Shown: positions 20,558 to 30,606 of the stretch, in pieces
How the letters are laid out: each line of letters begins with the position of its first letter
Numbering within the stretch: position 1 is the stretch's first letter
Origin: an uncultured Gemmatimonadales bacterium
GTDB taxonomy: Bacteria; Gemmatimonadota; Gemmatimonadetes; Gemmatimonadales; Gemmatimonadaceae
Assembly: GCA_963851265.1 (NCBI GenBank)
Contig: CAWKNZ010000007.1
Location: 96,001 to 160,000 of the forward strand
Direction: 5' to 3'
Length of the DNA: 64,000 nucleotides
Notes under the pieces: model-generated
Told to the model about the DNA's origin: nothing
Seen by the model: only the letters and a program-made list of their open reading frames with translations
The model's database searches: none
Position numbers and translations under genes: made by a program

Positions 20558-20603
20558 GAGATCCGGGGCGTCCAGCGCGGTACGATTCGACGCGTCGGCG
20601 CAC

Positions 20604-22046
20604 TCAGCCCGCCCTCGGATCGGGCGTGACGTCGGTCGCCTCAGCGGGCGGCGCGTCGTATCCGCGAAGCTGACCGAGGGCGAACACGAACGGGAGTACG
20701 GCGACGCGCATCCCGACGTGCCCCATCGAGAACAGCACCCATGTCAACCAGAGGGCGCGGAGGCCGCGCTCGGGCGCATTCTGCATCTGCAGCAGTGCCG
20801 TGAGCGCCATGCCGAGCAGGGCGAGTACCGCGATCGCGCCGAAGGTGCCGTGCTCGCTCAGGAGTCGCGTGTACTCGGTGTGGGCCACCTTCGAATCGGT
20901 CCGCCGCTCGCGATACGCGCCGCCCGGACCGAGCCCGAGGATCGGGTGTTCACCCCACAGGCGCCAGTCCTCCGCCATGATCTCGTCGCGGTGGCTGCTC
21001 GTCGTCTCCGAAAATCGCGCGTCGAGTGCACCACCGGTGAACGCGTTCAATCGTGGCAGCACGACGGCCGCGAAGAGCGCGGCGATGACGACGATACCGA
21101 CGGTGAAGGCCCGGCGCGTCGCCCGCGCCCGGAGCATGAACGGCGTGGCCGCGATCACCGCGGCGCCGAGGCTGTACAGCCCCCCGCGTGAGAAGGTCAT
21201 CACCGATTGGGTTAGGCACAGCATCGCCACCGCGCCCAGCGCGCCCCGCTCGAGTTTCGGGGCGCTCGCGTCCAGCAGTCGGGGCAGGCAGTACAACACG
21301 CCGAGTCCCAGCACGACCGAGACCTGATTGGGTCCGTACCCGCCGCTCGTCGCGAAATTGGACTCCTCCGTAAAGGCGAGTTGTGCCGTCGAGTACGTGG
21401 TGAACACGGTCACGGCCGCAATCCCGAGCACCGGCGCGAGCCCGACGAACAACACCCGCTGGAACTCGGCGCGCGTGAGCGAGAGGACTGAGGCGTACCA
21501 GGCTGCCGCGCCAAGCGCGAGAGGCGGAACGAGGTTGAAGCCGAACATGATCATGAACTCGCGCGTCGTGTACGTGCCGTCGCTGGCCGGCACGAGCAAC
21601 GACGGTAGCAGCGCGACGAGGAACACGAACGGCAGCAGGCGCATGCGGAAGGCGTCGCGCGACCGCACGAGTCCCGCGATCGCGAGCAGCAGCACTTCGT
21701 ACTTCGCCGATTCCCACGGCGCGCGCCCGTCGGACATTCTCCAGAGCACCTCGGCACTCGCGGCGTACGCGGCGACGCACAGCAGCGTTACCGGACGCGC
21801 CGCGATCATCGCGACCGCGCCCACCAAGAGGATCGCCACGCCGTAGATGGTCGCCAGCACGGCCGACCGGTGGACGAGTAGCCCGAGGGGAACGTGGAGC
21901 CCGAGTAGCAGGCCGCCGACGATCCAGCCGGGGAGTGTGCCATCGCGACCGGTGCCGGTCACCCGCGCCGGCGACGGACGCGTTCCCCACGCGCCAGCCC
22001 GTGCCGGCGCCGCCGTTTGCAAACGCCGCTCAGAGAGTTGGTCCAT
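20604..22046 (-). CDS. O-antigen ligase/polymerase (Wzy_C/WaaL-like) membrane protein
   Basis: Many TM segments with PNQ, TFSRGG, R...W...HPILGLGPG and AHTEY...LSEHG. Confidence 0.8.
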   Translation of the reverse strand: MDQLSERRLQTAAPARAGAWGTRPSPARVTGTGRDGTLPGWIVGGLLLGLHVPLGLLVHRSAVLATIYGVAILLVGAVAMIAARPVTLLCVAAYAASAEVLWRMSDGRAPWESAKYEVLLLAIAGLVRSRDAFRMRLLPFVFLVALLPSLLVPASDGTYTTREFMIMFGFNLVPPLALGAAAWYASVLSLTRAEFQRVLFVGLAPVLGIAAVTVFTTYSTAQLAFTEESNFATSGGYGPNQVSVVLGLGVLYCLPRLLDASAPKLERGALGAVAMLCLTQSVMTFSRGGLYSLGAAVIAATPFMLRARATRRAFTVGIVVIAALFAAVVLPRLNAFTGGALDARFSETTSSHRDEIMAEDWRLWGEHPILGLGPGGAYRERRTDSKVAHTEYTRLLSEHGTFGAIAVLALLGMALTALLQMQNAPERGLRALWLTWVLFSMGHVGMRVAVLPFVFALGQLRGYDAPPAEATDVTPDPRAG

Positions 22047-23238
22047 CGAACGCGCCGAGAGGTTGGGGCATGGGCGGCACGGTGCCGACGGGGGTGAGCG
22101 CGGCCGCGTACAGGTGGCGCAACCGGTCGGCCAGTTGGGGGAGGGCGTACCCGACCTCGATCACCCGCCGGCCGCTCTCCCCGAATCGGCGCCGGAGGGC
22201 GCCGTCGGCGGCGAGGGCGAGCACCCCCGCAATCAGCGCGGGCTCGTCGCCGCGCGGCACGACGAAACCCGTTGCGCCGTGCGTAACCAGGCGGGCGACG
22301 TCGCCCACGTGTGTGGCGACCACGGGAAGCGACGCGGCCATCGCCTCGAGGACCACGTTCGGTGTGCCTTCCGAGTCGGAGGTCAGCACGAGCAGGGACG
22401 CCCGGCGGTACCAGGGCGCGAGGTCGGCCTGGGCGCCGTGGAACTCCACCGCTCCGGGTAGCAGTCCGAGCGCGCTCGCCTGCCGCTCGAGCGACGCGCG
22501 CTCAGGGCCATCCCCGACGACGTCGCCGACGACGGCGTCGCCCAACGTCTGCCGCGCCCCGGCGAGAACGCGCAGAAACCGATCGCCACGCTTTTCCGAG
22601 CTCAGACGTCCCGCCAGCAGCAGCCGGATTGGCCGTTCCCCGATGCGAGGCGGCGTCGTGAACTGGGGGACGTCGACGGCGTTGGGCAGCAGCCACAGTC
22701 GCGCCCGGGGTACGCCGAACGTCGCCGCCGCCTCGATCGCCCGTGTGGAGTTGGCCGCGAGCAGTCGGGGCGCGCGCAGGCTCGCCATGCCGAGTGGGGC
22801 GGGGAGCCCGGCGACCTCGCGCATGACGTCACCGCGCATCGCGCCGATGTCCGGCACCCCGAGAATGCGTCCCGCGGCGCTCCCGTACAGGTTGACGTAG
22901 AAGTGCTGGCTCTGCACCACGTCGGCCGGATCGGCCCGAAGGTCGGCCACCACGCGCGCGAGCCGCTGCAGCCGCGAACCGGAACGCCCCACATATCGCA
23001 CCGGGACGTCGAGCGCGCGGATGCGCGCTTCCCAGAACTCGTGTTGAGTCAGGCACAGTACACGCGGCCGTCCGTCATGTCCGCGGAGCGCGTCCAGCAT
23101 GTGATAGAGTTGCCGTTCGGCGCCGCCTTGCCCGAGTGTGCCGGCGATGAAGCACACGCGGCGCCCCGCGAGCGTGGCCGCCTGCATCGGCGTCCGACCC
23201 GCAGGCCCTGCGCGGCGCAAGACTGCGGCGCCGGTCAC
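22030..23238 (-). CDS. GT4-family glycosyltransferase
   Basis: GGAERQL, GRLSSEK and SDSEGTPNVVLEAMAASLPVV. GTG start overlaps the upstream stop. Confidence 0.9.
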   Translation of the reverse strand: MTGAAVLRRAGPAGRTPMQAATLAGRRVCFIAGTLGQGGAERQLYHMLDALRGHDGRPRVLCLTQHEFWEARIRALDVPVRYVGRSGSRLQRLARVVADLRADPADVVQSQHFYVNLYGSAAGRILGVPDIGAMRGDVMREVAGLPAPLGMASLRAPRLLAANSTRAIEAAATFGVPRARLWLLPNAVDVPQFTTPPRIGERPIRLLLAGRLSSEKRGDRFLRVLAGARQTLGDAVVGDVVGDGPERASLERQASALGLLPGAVEFHGAQADLAPWYRRASLLVLTSDSEGTPNVVLEAMAASLPVVATHVGDVARLVTHGATGFVVPRGDEPALIAGVLALAADGALRRRFGESGRRVIEVGYALPQLADRLRHLYAAALTPVGTVPPMPQPLGAFDGPTL

Positions 23239-24500
23239 GCGTGTGCGCACGCCACTGAACGCTCGCCGAGCCATGCGTCGAGCGTGCGTGCGAGTTGGCC
23301 GTAGGTCGCATCAAAGTCGTAGCGCGCCGCGACCTGCGTGCGCGCTGCGGCGCTCTGCTCGGCGGCGTACGCGGGGTCGCTGATCAAGGCAAGGACGTTC
23401 CGAGCGAGCGCCGCGTCGCTCACCCCGAGCAGCAGTCCTTGATTCTGCTCGAGCTCCATGCCGTACACCGCGTCCGGCGAGGCGCAGACGGGAACGCCCA
23501 ACGCCATCACTTCGATGAGGCGGCTGCGAAACCCGTACGTCCCCTCCCACGGGCACAGTACCGCGGTAGCGGTGCGCAGCACGGAGGCGACGTCGTCGAC
23601 GAACCCGGTCACGCGAACCCGCGGTCCCGCGAGCGCCAGAACGCGCGCCGGCGGCCGACTGCCCACTATCCAGAGCGCGGCGTCCGGCCGTGCGCGCCAG
23701 ACGTGCGGCATGATGCCGCGCGCGCAGCGCATGGCGGCGTCGGCGTTGTGCGACGACCCGAGCCCGCCGTAGCAGACGATGCGCGGTGGGGTAGCCGGCC
23801 GCCAATCGAAGGGCCAGCAGTCGAGCCGTATGCCCATGGGCGCGTAGAAAGTGGGTGCGCCTGAGCGGGCACGTGGGGCGGCGTACGCTCGCTCGGCCGC
23901 GTTGATTGCGATCAGCGCGTCGAAGCGGCGCCACGCGCGCTCCTCACGGTCGCGATAGCGCTCGACCGCCCACCGGCGGAGGGTGGGTGGGACGCCACGT
24001 ACCTCGGCCAGTTGCCTGGCGCGCGCATGCCAGAGCACGTCGTGCATGTCGAGCACCACCGGGACGCCGAGCGCGTGCACGGCAGCCGCAGCATCGTTGG
24101 CGTGCCAATACTCGAAGAGCACGACATCGAACGCCCCCGCGCGCACCACAGGCACCACGCGATCTGGCGGGAAGATGACGCGGTTGATCGCGTAGTTCGA
24201 GGCACGTTCCCCCGTACGCGCGCAATACGCAGCCGCACGCGCGGCCGCAAGAACGCGCCCGGCACGCCCGCGCGGGGCCGGTGTCGAGAGCAGCACGGCG
24301 TCGTCGCAGTGCGCGCGCAACGCGCCACGGAGCGTCTCCTCCTCGCCCCTCGCCGCGGGGGCGAGCATCGTGACGTGAAAGCGCGTGCGTAGCGCATCGA
24401 GTGTGAGGCGCACGCGCTGGCGCTGCCCGGCCTCGGCCGGAAACGGCAGGACGTGCGACACGACGAGCACGCGGCGCGGCTCAGCAGTCACCGGAGGCAC
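23235..24500 (-). CDS. GT4-like glycosyltransferase
   Basis: LPFP..AGQ..R, LDMHDV, VTGFVDD and RLIEVMALGVPV. Confidence 0.85.
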   Translation of the reverse strand: MPPVTAEPRRVLVVSHVLPFPAEAGQRQRVRLTLDALRTRFHVTMLAPAARGEEETLRGALRAHCDDAVLLSTPAPRGRAGRVLAAARAAAYCARTGERASNYAINRVIFPPDRVVPVVRAGAFDVVLFEYWHANDAAAAVHALGVPVVLDMHDVLWHARARQLAEVRGVPPTLRRWAVERYRDREERAWRRFDALIAINAAERAYAAPRARSGAPTFYAPMGIRLDCWPFDWRPATPPRIVCYGGLGSSHNADAAMRCARGIMPHVWRARPDAALWIVGSRPPARVLALAGPRVRVTGFVDDVASVLRTATAVLCPWEGTYGFRSRLIEVMALGVPVCASPDAVYGMELEQNQGLLLGVSDAALARNVLALISDPAYAAEQSAAARTQVAARYDFDATYGQLARTLDAWLGERSVACAHA

Positions 24501-25953
24501 CCGCCAACTTCAGGAGAGTGTCGGCGACCCGTCTGCCGGACTGCCCGTCGAGCGTGTCACCGAACATCCGGTGCACGAAGGCGCGGCGGCGTTCGGCACC
24601 GGCGTCCGGGTGATGCAACGCCGCCGCCAACAGCGTGCGCATTTCGTCGCGCGTGCGTGCGAGCTGAACCGCACCCTCGGCGACGAGCGGCGCGTAGTGG
24701 TCGTACTCGTAGTACCGCGCGTAAGGCACGCGCACCGGCCCGTAGCCCGGCGGATCGTACGCGACGTTGATCACCGGCTTGTCGAACATTCCCAACTCGA
24801 GCGACACCGTGGAGGCCACGTTGATGCCGACCGCCGTATGGAGCAACGTGTTGGTCAGCAGCCGTGTGTCGGCTTCGGTGGGGGTGAGGAACGCGTCGAC
24901 CCACCGTGCCGGTGGGGACAGGATGTCTCGTCGCCGCCCGAGCAGCTCGTCGAATCGCCCGGTGCGGTCCTTGGGGTAGACGCGGACGAGCAGCTGCGGC
25001 GGTCCCAGCTCGGGCATCGCGCCTAGCAGGTCCGCGATCTGCTCGACTACTCGCGGCTCCCCAGGCATGTGCTCGGGCATCCCCGTCGAGTAGAGGACGA
25101 TCGGGCGCGCGGGATCGGCGCCGACGCGTGCGCAGTAGTCCTCGCGCGTCCAGTGAGCGCCCGGACGGAAATGCAGGTCAAACTGCGGGGTTCCGGTGAC
25201 GTGCACGCGGTCGGGTTCCGCGCCGGGGTAAATCGCGAGCAGCTGTCGACGAATCTCCGCATTCCATACGAGGTAGTGGTCGTACTCCGGGATACATCGG
25301 CCCTGTGACGTGAGATTGTCCCACGAAAACACGAATGCCGCTGTCGGCACGCCGAGCCATCGCGCGGCCTGCACGGCGTGGATGGCATTGCTGCTGTGCA
25401 CGTGCGAGCCGTTGAACACCAGCGTCGGGCGCAGCGTGCGGTACAGGTCGTGGTAGTGGCCGCTCGGACAGAGTGCCCGGCTCGTCGCGCGCTCGAGCCG
25501 GGCTAGCGCGCGTACGCCTCGCGGACTGGCGAACGGCGTGCACGCGGCTTTGCGCCCCGCACGTTTGAGCCGCTTTACGAGCGTATTCGCCTCGACGTCG
25601 CGCAACCGCCAGCGTTCCTGCGCCGCCGCTGACCAGAGCGTCCGCCCATGGGCCATGTCCAGCACGTCGCGCAGAAACCGCGCAGGCCACCGGTCGCGTG
25701 GGCTCCGGAGCGGCAGGACCCGCGGAAAACGGTGTGAGAGTTCCGCGAACGTCCCTTCGTCAGGCACGACCGTGAGCACCGTCAGGTCCGCCTGCGAGGC
25801 GATCCGGTCGAGCGCGCCGGTATGCACGAAGTTGCGGATCGCCTCGCCGCGCGGCAGGATTGCGACGATGTGCGCCCGGGTGATCGCTCGATCGCCCGGG
25901 GTGGCCGGGGTTGCTGGGATCGGCCGCAGCGGGCGCGTGGTCGCGGCGCTCAC
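24481..25953 (-). CDS. GT-B-fold protein related to CDP-glycerol glycerophosphotransferase-like proteins ('SWDNL' paralogue 1)
   Basis: FSWDNL, GTPQFD, VRVYPKD and INVASTVSLE...DKPVIN; coupled within the operon. Confidence 0.6.
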   Translation of the reverse strand: MSAATTRPLRPIPATPATPGDRAITRAHIVAILPRGEAIRNFVHTGALDRIASQADLTVLTVVPDEGTFAELSHRFPRVLPLRSPRDRWPARFLRDVLDMAHGRTLWSAAAQERWRLRDVEANTLVKRLKRAGRKAACTPFASPRGVRALARLERATSRALCPSGHYHDLYRTLRPTLVFNGSHVHSSNAIHAVQAARWLGVPTAAFVFSWDNLTSQGRCIPEYDHYLVWNAEIRRQLLAIYPGAEPDRVHVTGTPQFDLHFRPGAHWTREDYCARVGADPARPIVLYSTGMPEHMPGEPRVVEQIADLLGAMPELGPPQLLVRVYPKDRTGRFDELLGRRRDILSPPARWVDAFLTPTEADTRLLTNTLLHTAVGINVASTVSLELGMFDKPVINVAYDPPGYGPVRVPYARYYEYDHYAPLVAEGAVQLARTRDEMRTLLAAALHHPDAGAERRRAFVHRMFGDTLDGQSGRRVADTLLKLAGASGDC

Positions 25954-27413
25954 GCCCGGCGCTCGCTTGCCGGCGTGCCGCCGGCCAACGCCTCGGCGAA
26001 GGAGGCGACCGCGTGCGCCATCCGCACGCCCGATTGTCCGTCCGCGTACTCGCACACGTGGTCAACGATCCACCGACGTCCGGCGCGGTCGCGTGACGGG
26101 TCCGCCAGATAGCCACGCACCGCGTCGAGCAGGTCCACCTCGTTCCGCACGAGCCACACGCCGCCCGACTCGGCCACCGGGGCGAAATGCGTCCAACAGT
26201 GGTTGATGTCGCGCACGAGCGCGTCGTCTGGCGCCCCCGGTCCGGGATCGTAGTCCAGGTTCACCACGGGGCGATCACACAGGGCCGCATCCACGGTGCA
26301 GGTCGACGAGAGGTTCACGACGACGTCGGCGTGTCGGAACGTGTTCACCCATTCCGCGATCGCCTCGGCGTCCTGCGAGCGCTCGGTCAAGGGCAGCCCG
26401 GCCGCGCTCGTGCGCTGCAGCCGAACCGCGGGGCCGAACGCGCCAAAGAGCGCCGCCATCTCCGCGTTGTCATGGATCGGGTGCGGGCGCACGAGCAGCT
26501 GTGCCGGGCCGAGCGCGCCGGACTGGATCGCGCGCGCGACGTGCCGGGCGCCGTGCGGCTCCCCGCGGAGGAAGTTAGGCGAGCCCACGGCGTAGACGAT
26601 CACCGGCCGCGACGGATCGAGCCCCTGCGACCGCCAGAACGCCTCCCGGGATCGCCAGAAGCGGGGTTGGGCGAAGACGTCGAACTGCGGGGCGCCGACA
26701 ACGTACACCGGCCGGGTACGCGCATGCGGGTAGTAGTCGAGTAACTGGCGCCGCATCTCGCTCGACCAGACCACGTAGCCGTCGTGGTCGAGGATCATCC
26801 GCTTCTTCGTCGAGAGATTGTCCCAGGACGGGATCAACGCGAGCACGGGGATGCCGAGTCGTTTCGCCGCCGCGACGACCGCGGGTTGCTCGAACTGAAA
26901 GGGTCCGGTGGCGAACACGACCGCTGGCCGGTCAGCGAGGAGCCGCGCGGTGGCCTCGGGCGATCTGTCGTAGGCGAGGAGCCACGCGTTCAGCGCGCGC
27001 TCGACGGCGTGTTCGATCGGCAGGACTGCGAGTGTCCGACCGGCCGCGTGCAGGGCACGCGCGATCCCCCGCACTGGCGTGGCGTGCCCGTGCCGTGCGA
27101 GACTGAGGCGGCTCGGCTGCCGATGGCGATGGTCCCAGATCGCCTCGTTGAGCCGGCGCGGGTAGTTGTGCCACACCTCTCGAAACGCGCGCGTGGCCGG
27201 AAACGGGCGTACGGTGGCGGGTTGTCCTGCCCACACCTCGCGTGCGCGCGGTTGCGCTGCGGACGTGGCCCACACGTCCACGTCTGCATGCCGTCGCAAC
27301 TCGGGCAAGAACCCGGTGTGCGCGAGCATGCGATCGACGAGGAGCGACGACGACAGCACGATGCACCGAAGCCGTCGGGGCTCGGGAATCGCGTGTGGCG
27401 TCGGGGACGGCAT
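25950..27413 (-). CDS. GT-B-fold protein, 'SWDNL' paralogue 2
   Basis: PSWDNL, GAPQFD, VRPHPIHD and VNLSSTCTVDA...DRPVVN. Confidence 0.6.
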   Translation of the reverse strand: MPSPTPHAIPEPRRLRCIVLSSSLLVDRMLAHTGFLPELRRHADVDVWATSAAQPRAREVWAGQPATVRPFPATRAFREVWHNYPRRLNEAIWDHRHRQPSRLSLARHGHATPVRGIARALHAAGRTLAVLPIEHAVERALNAWLLAYDRSPEATARLLADRPAVVFATGPFQFEQPAVVAAAKRLGIPVLALIPSWDNLSTKKRMILDHDGYVVWSSEMRRQLLDYYPHARTRPVYVVGAPQFDVFAQPRFWRSREAFWRSQGLDPSRPVIVYAVGSPNFLRGEPHGARHVARAIQSGALGPAQLLVRPHPIHDNAEMAALFGAFGPAVRLQRTSAAGLPLTERSQDAEAIAEWVNTFRHADVVVNLSSTCTVDAALCDRPVVNLDYDPGPGAPDDALVRDINHCWTHFAPVAESGGVWLVRNEVDLLDAVRGYLADPSRDRAGRRWIVDHVCEYADGQSGVRMAHAVASFAEALAGGTPASERRA

Positions 27414-27454
27414 CCGGCGTGGCAGCAAGCGTGTGGTAGCGACCGCGTGGCGGG

Positions 27455-28366
27455 TCAGCGCGTGCGAAGCGCGAAGCTGGTCATCGCATCCCCGTCCGGC
27501 ACCCGGAAGTCGGCCGGACGCACCATGAACTCCTGCGACTCGGACGCCTGCGAGGTGAACATGCACGTGTAAAGCAACCGATCACGTTCGCGGGCATGCC
27601 CACCCTTGTGATAGCCGTTCGTGTCGGCGAAAATGATCGTGCCCGCCGCGCCGGTGCCTAAGCGCCACTGGGTGTATGGCGCGAGCGCGTTCATCTGCTC
27701 GTCGGTCGTCCGCTTCACCTTGCCGCCTTCCAGCTCGAATGCCGGCTCGCCCTGCGTGGGGCCGAAGCGGTGCGTCCCACGCGCGTACGTGAATGGACCG
27801 GCGCCGGCATCTACATCGTTCAGGTAGACGAACACTTTGACGATGAGCATGTCCTCGCGGTCGCGATGCCATAGTTGCGATTCGCGCGGCTTCGCGTCGG
27901 CGGCGAACGTGTGCCACACGTTGTAGTAGCGTAGGCGCGAGAACATCCCGAGATAGCCGTTTGCCACCTCGAGAATCGCGCGCTGCAGCGCGAACCGAGC
28001 GAACGCGCTGGCCGGATCGAGCACGGGATTACGGCCGAGATACTCGAGCATGAACGTTTTCTCGCCGATCGTATCGTCGCCCAACGCACGCGCGCGCGCG
28101 GCAGCGATGTCGACCGCGCGCGCATCCGCCACCGCGGCGACGGCGCCGCGCAGCGCCGCGAGCGGCGCGGCGTCGCCGAAGAGTGCGTCCGCCGTGGTCA
28201 CCGCGATCCCGTCACGGCGAAGTTCGCCGAGAACGCGGCCGGCCTCGCCCGCAGGATCCTGCCGGTGCAGGCGGTACGACACACTGGGGCCGAGGTTGAA
28301 GCCATAGCGCCACGCGAACTCGTTCTTGCGCGAACGTCGGGCGAGGCGGCGGATCGTGGAGAGCAT
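27455..28366 (-). CDS. 2-oxoglutarate/Fe(II)-dependent dioxygenase (PhyH-like)
   Basis: HxD motif (WHRD), KVFVYLNDV...GPF...GTH, distal His in GYHKGG and downstream R. Confidence 0.75.
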   Translation of the reverse strand: MLSTIRRLARRSRKNEFAWRYGFNLGPSVSYRLHRQDPAGEAGRVLGELRRDGIAVTTADALFGDAAPLAALRGAVAAVADARAVDIAAARARALGDDTIGEKTFMLEYLGRNPVLDPASAFARFALQRAILEVANGYLGMFSRLRYYNVWHTFAADAKPRESQLWHRDREDMLIVKVFVYLNDVDAGAGPFTYARGTHRFGPTQGEPAFELEGGKVKRTTDEQMNALAPYTQWRLGTGAAGTIIFADTNGYHKGGHARERDRLLYTCMFTSQASESQEFMVRPADFRVPDGDAMTSFALRTR

Positions 28367-28447
28367 GAAAGTCTCCTGCGGTGGGCGGGACGGGACGTAC
28401 GACGGGTGCTTCGGTCGGCGACTGGAAGCGGCGCGCGCCGTGGTGTA

Positions 28448-29344
28448 TCAGGGCGGGCGGGCGCGGTGCGGAGCATGCCGGCCCCGCCTGGTCGCCCGTG
28501 CACGGAGCACGACGGCCGCGGCCTCCCGGCGCGTCATCGACAGCGCGTGGCGGGCGGTGCCGGCGAGGACGCCACGCACGGCGACCAGCACCGTTCCGGC
28601 GACGCCGCGGCGGAGTAGGCCTAACGGTACGCCTGTCGCGTCGTACACCGCCAGAAGTTCCCCGTAGTTCTTACGCACGGCTGCTTCGCCGGAAACGCGC
28701 TTGAGGTACAGGTAGAACGCGGGACACGGGGACACGATCACGTGGCCGGCCTCGAGCACCGCCGCCGCCCACAGTTTGTCTTCCGCGGCGGCCACCTGCT
28801 CGTCGAACGGCACGCGTTCCCACACCGAGCGCCGGATCGCGCATCCGCTCGCCAGCGGTCCGAGCGAGACTACCGTGTCGACATCAACGACGCCCTGCAG
28901 TCGACGCGGCGTGATCCAACGCTCCATGTCGAAGCGTTTGTCGACGCGCACGCAGCGAACCGCTGCCACCTCCGGGGCGTCGAACGCGCGCGCGCATTCG
29001 GCGAGGAACCACGGGCCGAGTGGCATCGCGTGCGCGCTCAAAATGACGCAGATCTCGGCCGTCGCTTCGGCAAGGCCGACGTTGAGCGCCCGCCCGTAGG
29101 TGAACGCGCCGCGCGCGATCGACACGACGCGCGCGCCGTACTCGGACGCGAGCGCGACGCTGGCATCCGTTGACGCGTTGTCGACGAGGATGATCTCCGC
29201 GGCGACGCCGCGTTGTGCGCGCAACGCGGCGAGCACGAGCGCCAGGTACTCCGCTTCGTTCCGATTGCGCACGATCACCGAGACCGCCGGTCGGTGCTCC
29301 GCATCGCGCGCACGGTCGGTGCCGCTTTCGGGGCGCGCCGTCAT
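28448..29344 (-). CDS. GT2-family glycosyltransferase (rhamnosyltransferase-like)
   Basis: VSVIVRNRNE, VDNASTD, FTYGRALN and PFDE...AEDKLWA. Confidence 0.85.
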   Translation of the reverse strand: MTARPESGTDRARDAEHRPAVSVIVRNRNEAEYLALVLAALRAQRGVAAEIILVDNASTDASVALASEYGARVVSIARGAFTYGRALNVGLAEATAEICVILSAHAMPLGPWFLAECARAFDAPEVAAVRCVRVDKRFDMERWITPRRLQGVVDVDTVVSLGPLASGCAIRRSVWERVPFDEQVAAAEDKLWAAAVLEAGHVIVSPCPAFYLYLKRVSGEAAVRKNYGELLAVYDATGVPLGLLRRGVAGTVLVAVRGVLAGTARHALSMTRREAAAVVLRARATRRGRHAPHRARPP

Positions 29345-30606
29345 CCGACCCCCGCTACGGCCGGCACCGACGAGCCGCTCCCGAGAGGCGTTCCTACGAT
29401 CCATCGGCATTCGGGGGCCAGGTAAGCCTTCCCGTGCTGGCCGTTCCATCCGAGCACGTCGATCAGGCGGTGCTCCGACGTGTAGCGAACGTCGCGCCCA
29501 TCGTGTGTGCGTCCGAGCAGCTTGAGGTGGACGTTGTACAACCCCGGCGCAAGCCAGAGCGGCGGGACTTGGACGGCGACGTCGTAGCGTCCCGTCGCGA
29601 GCGGGAGCGAGGCCACGTCGCCGATCTCCACGCGATGATGAACTGCCATCGTCCCGGATGCGTCGTGGATGATGCAGAACAGTCGCCCGTCGGTCATCGT
29701 CGTGGGCACGGTGAGCGTCGACGTCAGCGCGATCGGTGCGCCCGACGCCACCCGCCAGTGTTCGACCGATTCATCGGCTTCGGGGCGGATGGCCGTCCAT
29801 CCCGCGCCAGCGCCGCCCTCGCGCACCGAGTCCCCGAGCACGGCTGCCGTGTAGTGTGCCACGCCGTCGACGACATCGCCGCGGAAGGTGACGCGTCCGT
29901 GCTGCAACACGACGGCGGTCTGACACAGTTCTTTCACCGCGCCCAGATTGTGGCTGACGAAAACGACGGTCCGTCCCTCGGCAGCCACGTGTTCCATCTT
30001 GCCCAGACATTTGCGTTGGAAGCGCATGTCCCCGACGGCGAGGACCTCGTCGATGAGCAGGATCTCCGGTTGCAGATGCGCCGCGACGGCAAACGCCAGC
30101 CGGAGGTGCATCCCGCTCGAGTAATGCTTCACCGCGAGATCGATGAACCGCTCGACCTCGGCGAAAGCGACGATCTCGTCGAACTTGCGGCGGATCTCGT
30201 CGCGGCGCATGCCGAGGATGGCCCCGCTGAGGAACACGTTCTCGCGGCCGCTCAACTCGAGGTGGAAGCCGGTGCCAACTTCGAGCAACGAACCCACGCG
30301 TCCGCGCGTCACGGCGAATCCACAACTCGGCTCCGTGATGCGCGCGAGGATTTTCAGCAGCGTGCTCTTGCCCGCGCCGTTGTGGCCGATGAGCCCGACG
30401 ACCTCGCCGGCGCGGACTTCGACATCGATGTCTTCGAGCGCCCAGAACTCCTCGCCGCAGCGCGCTGCGCGGTTCTCGCGCCAGGTGCGCAGCGGTGAGC
30501 GGACCGCGCGCGTGAGCGTCCGGCCGAGCAGGCCGTAGCGTTCCTGCGTATGGCCGAGGCGGAACGACTTGCCCAGGCCGGCGATCGTGATCGCGGCGTC
30601 GCTCAC
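29341..30606 (-). CDS. wzt: Polysaccharide ABC transporter ATP-binding protein with C-terminal extension
   Basis: GHNGAGKST, LLEVGTGFH, YSSGM, LLIDEVLAVGD and VSH. Confidence 0.95.
   Translation of the reverse strand: MSDAAITIAGLGKSFRLGHTQERYGLLGRTLTRAVRSPLRTWRENRAARCGEEFWALEDIDVEVRAGEVVGLIGHNGAGKSTLLKILARITEPSCGFAVTRGRVGSLLEVGTGFHLELSGRENVFLSGAILGMRRDEIRRKFDEIVAFAEVERFIDLAVKHYSSGMHLRLAFAVAAHLQPEILLIDEVLAVGDMRFQRKCLGKMEHVAAEGRTVVFVSHNLGAVKELCQTAVVLQHGRVTFRGDVVDGVAHYTAAVLGDSVREGGAGAGWTAIRPEADESVEHWRVASGAPIALTSTLTVPTTMTDGRLFCIIHDASGTMAVHHRVEIGDVASLPLATGRYDVAVQVPPLWLAPGLYNVHLKLLGRTHDGRDVRYTSEHRLIDVLGWNGQHGKAYLAPECRWIVGTPLGSGSSVPAVAGVG

Noticed and set aside
18486..20603. Long antisense/alternative-frame ORFs (e.g. 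18486-20603 -, 59331-61376 -, 45377-47926 -, 57506-59098 +)
   Set aside because: Arg/Ala/Pro-rich shadow frames of motif-bearing genes, expected at this GC content because stop codons are scarce.
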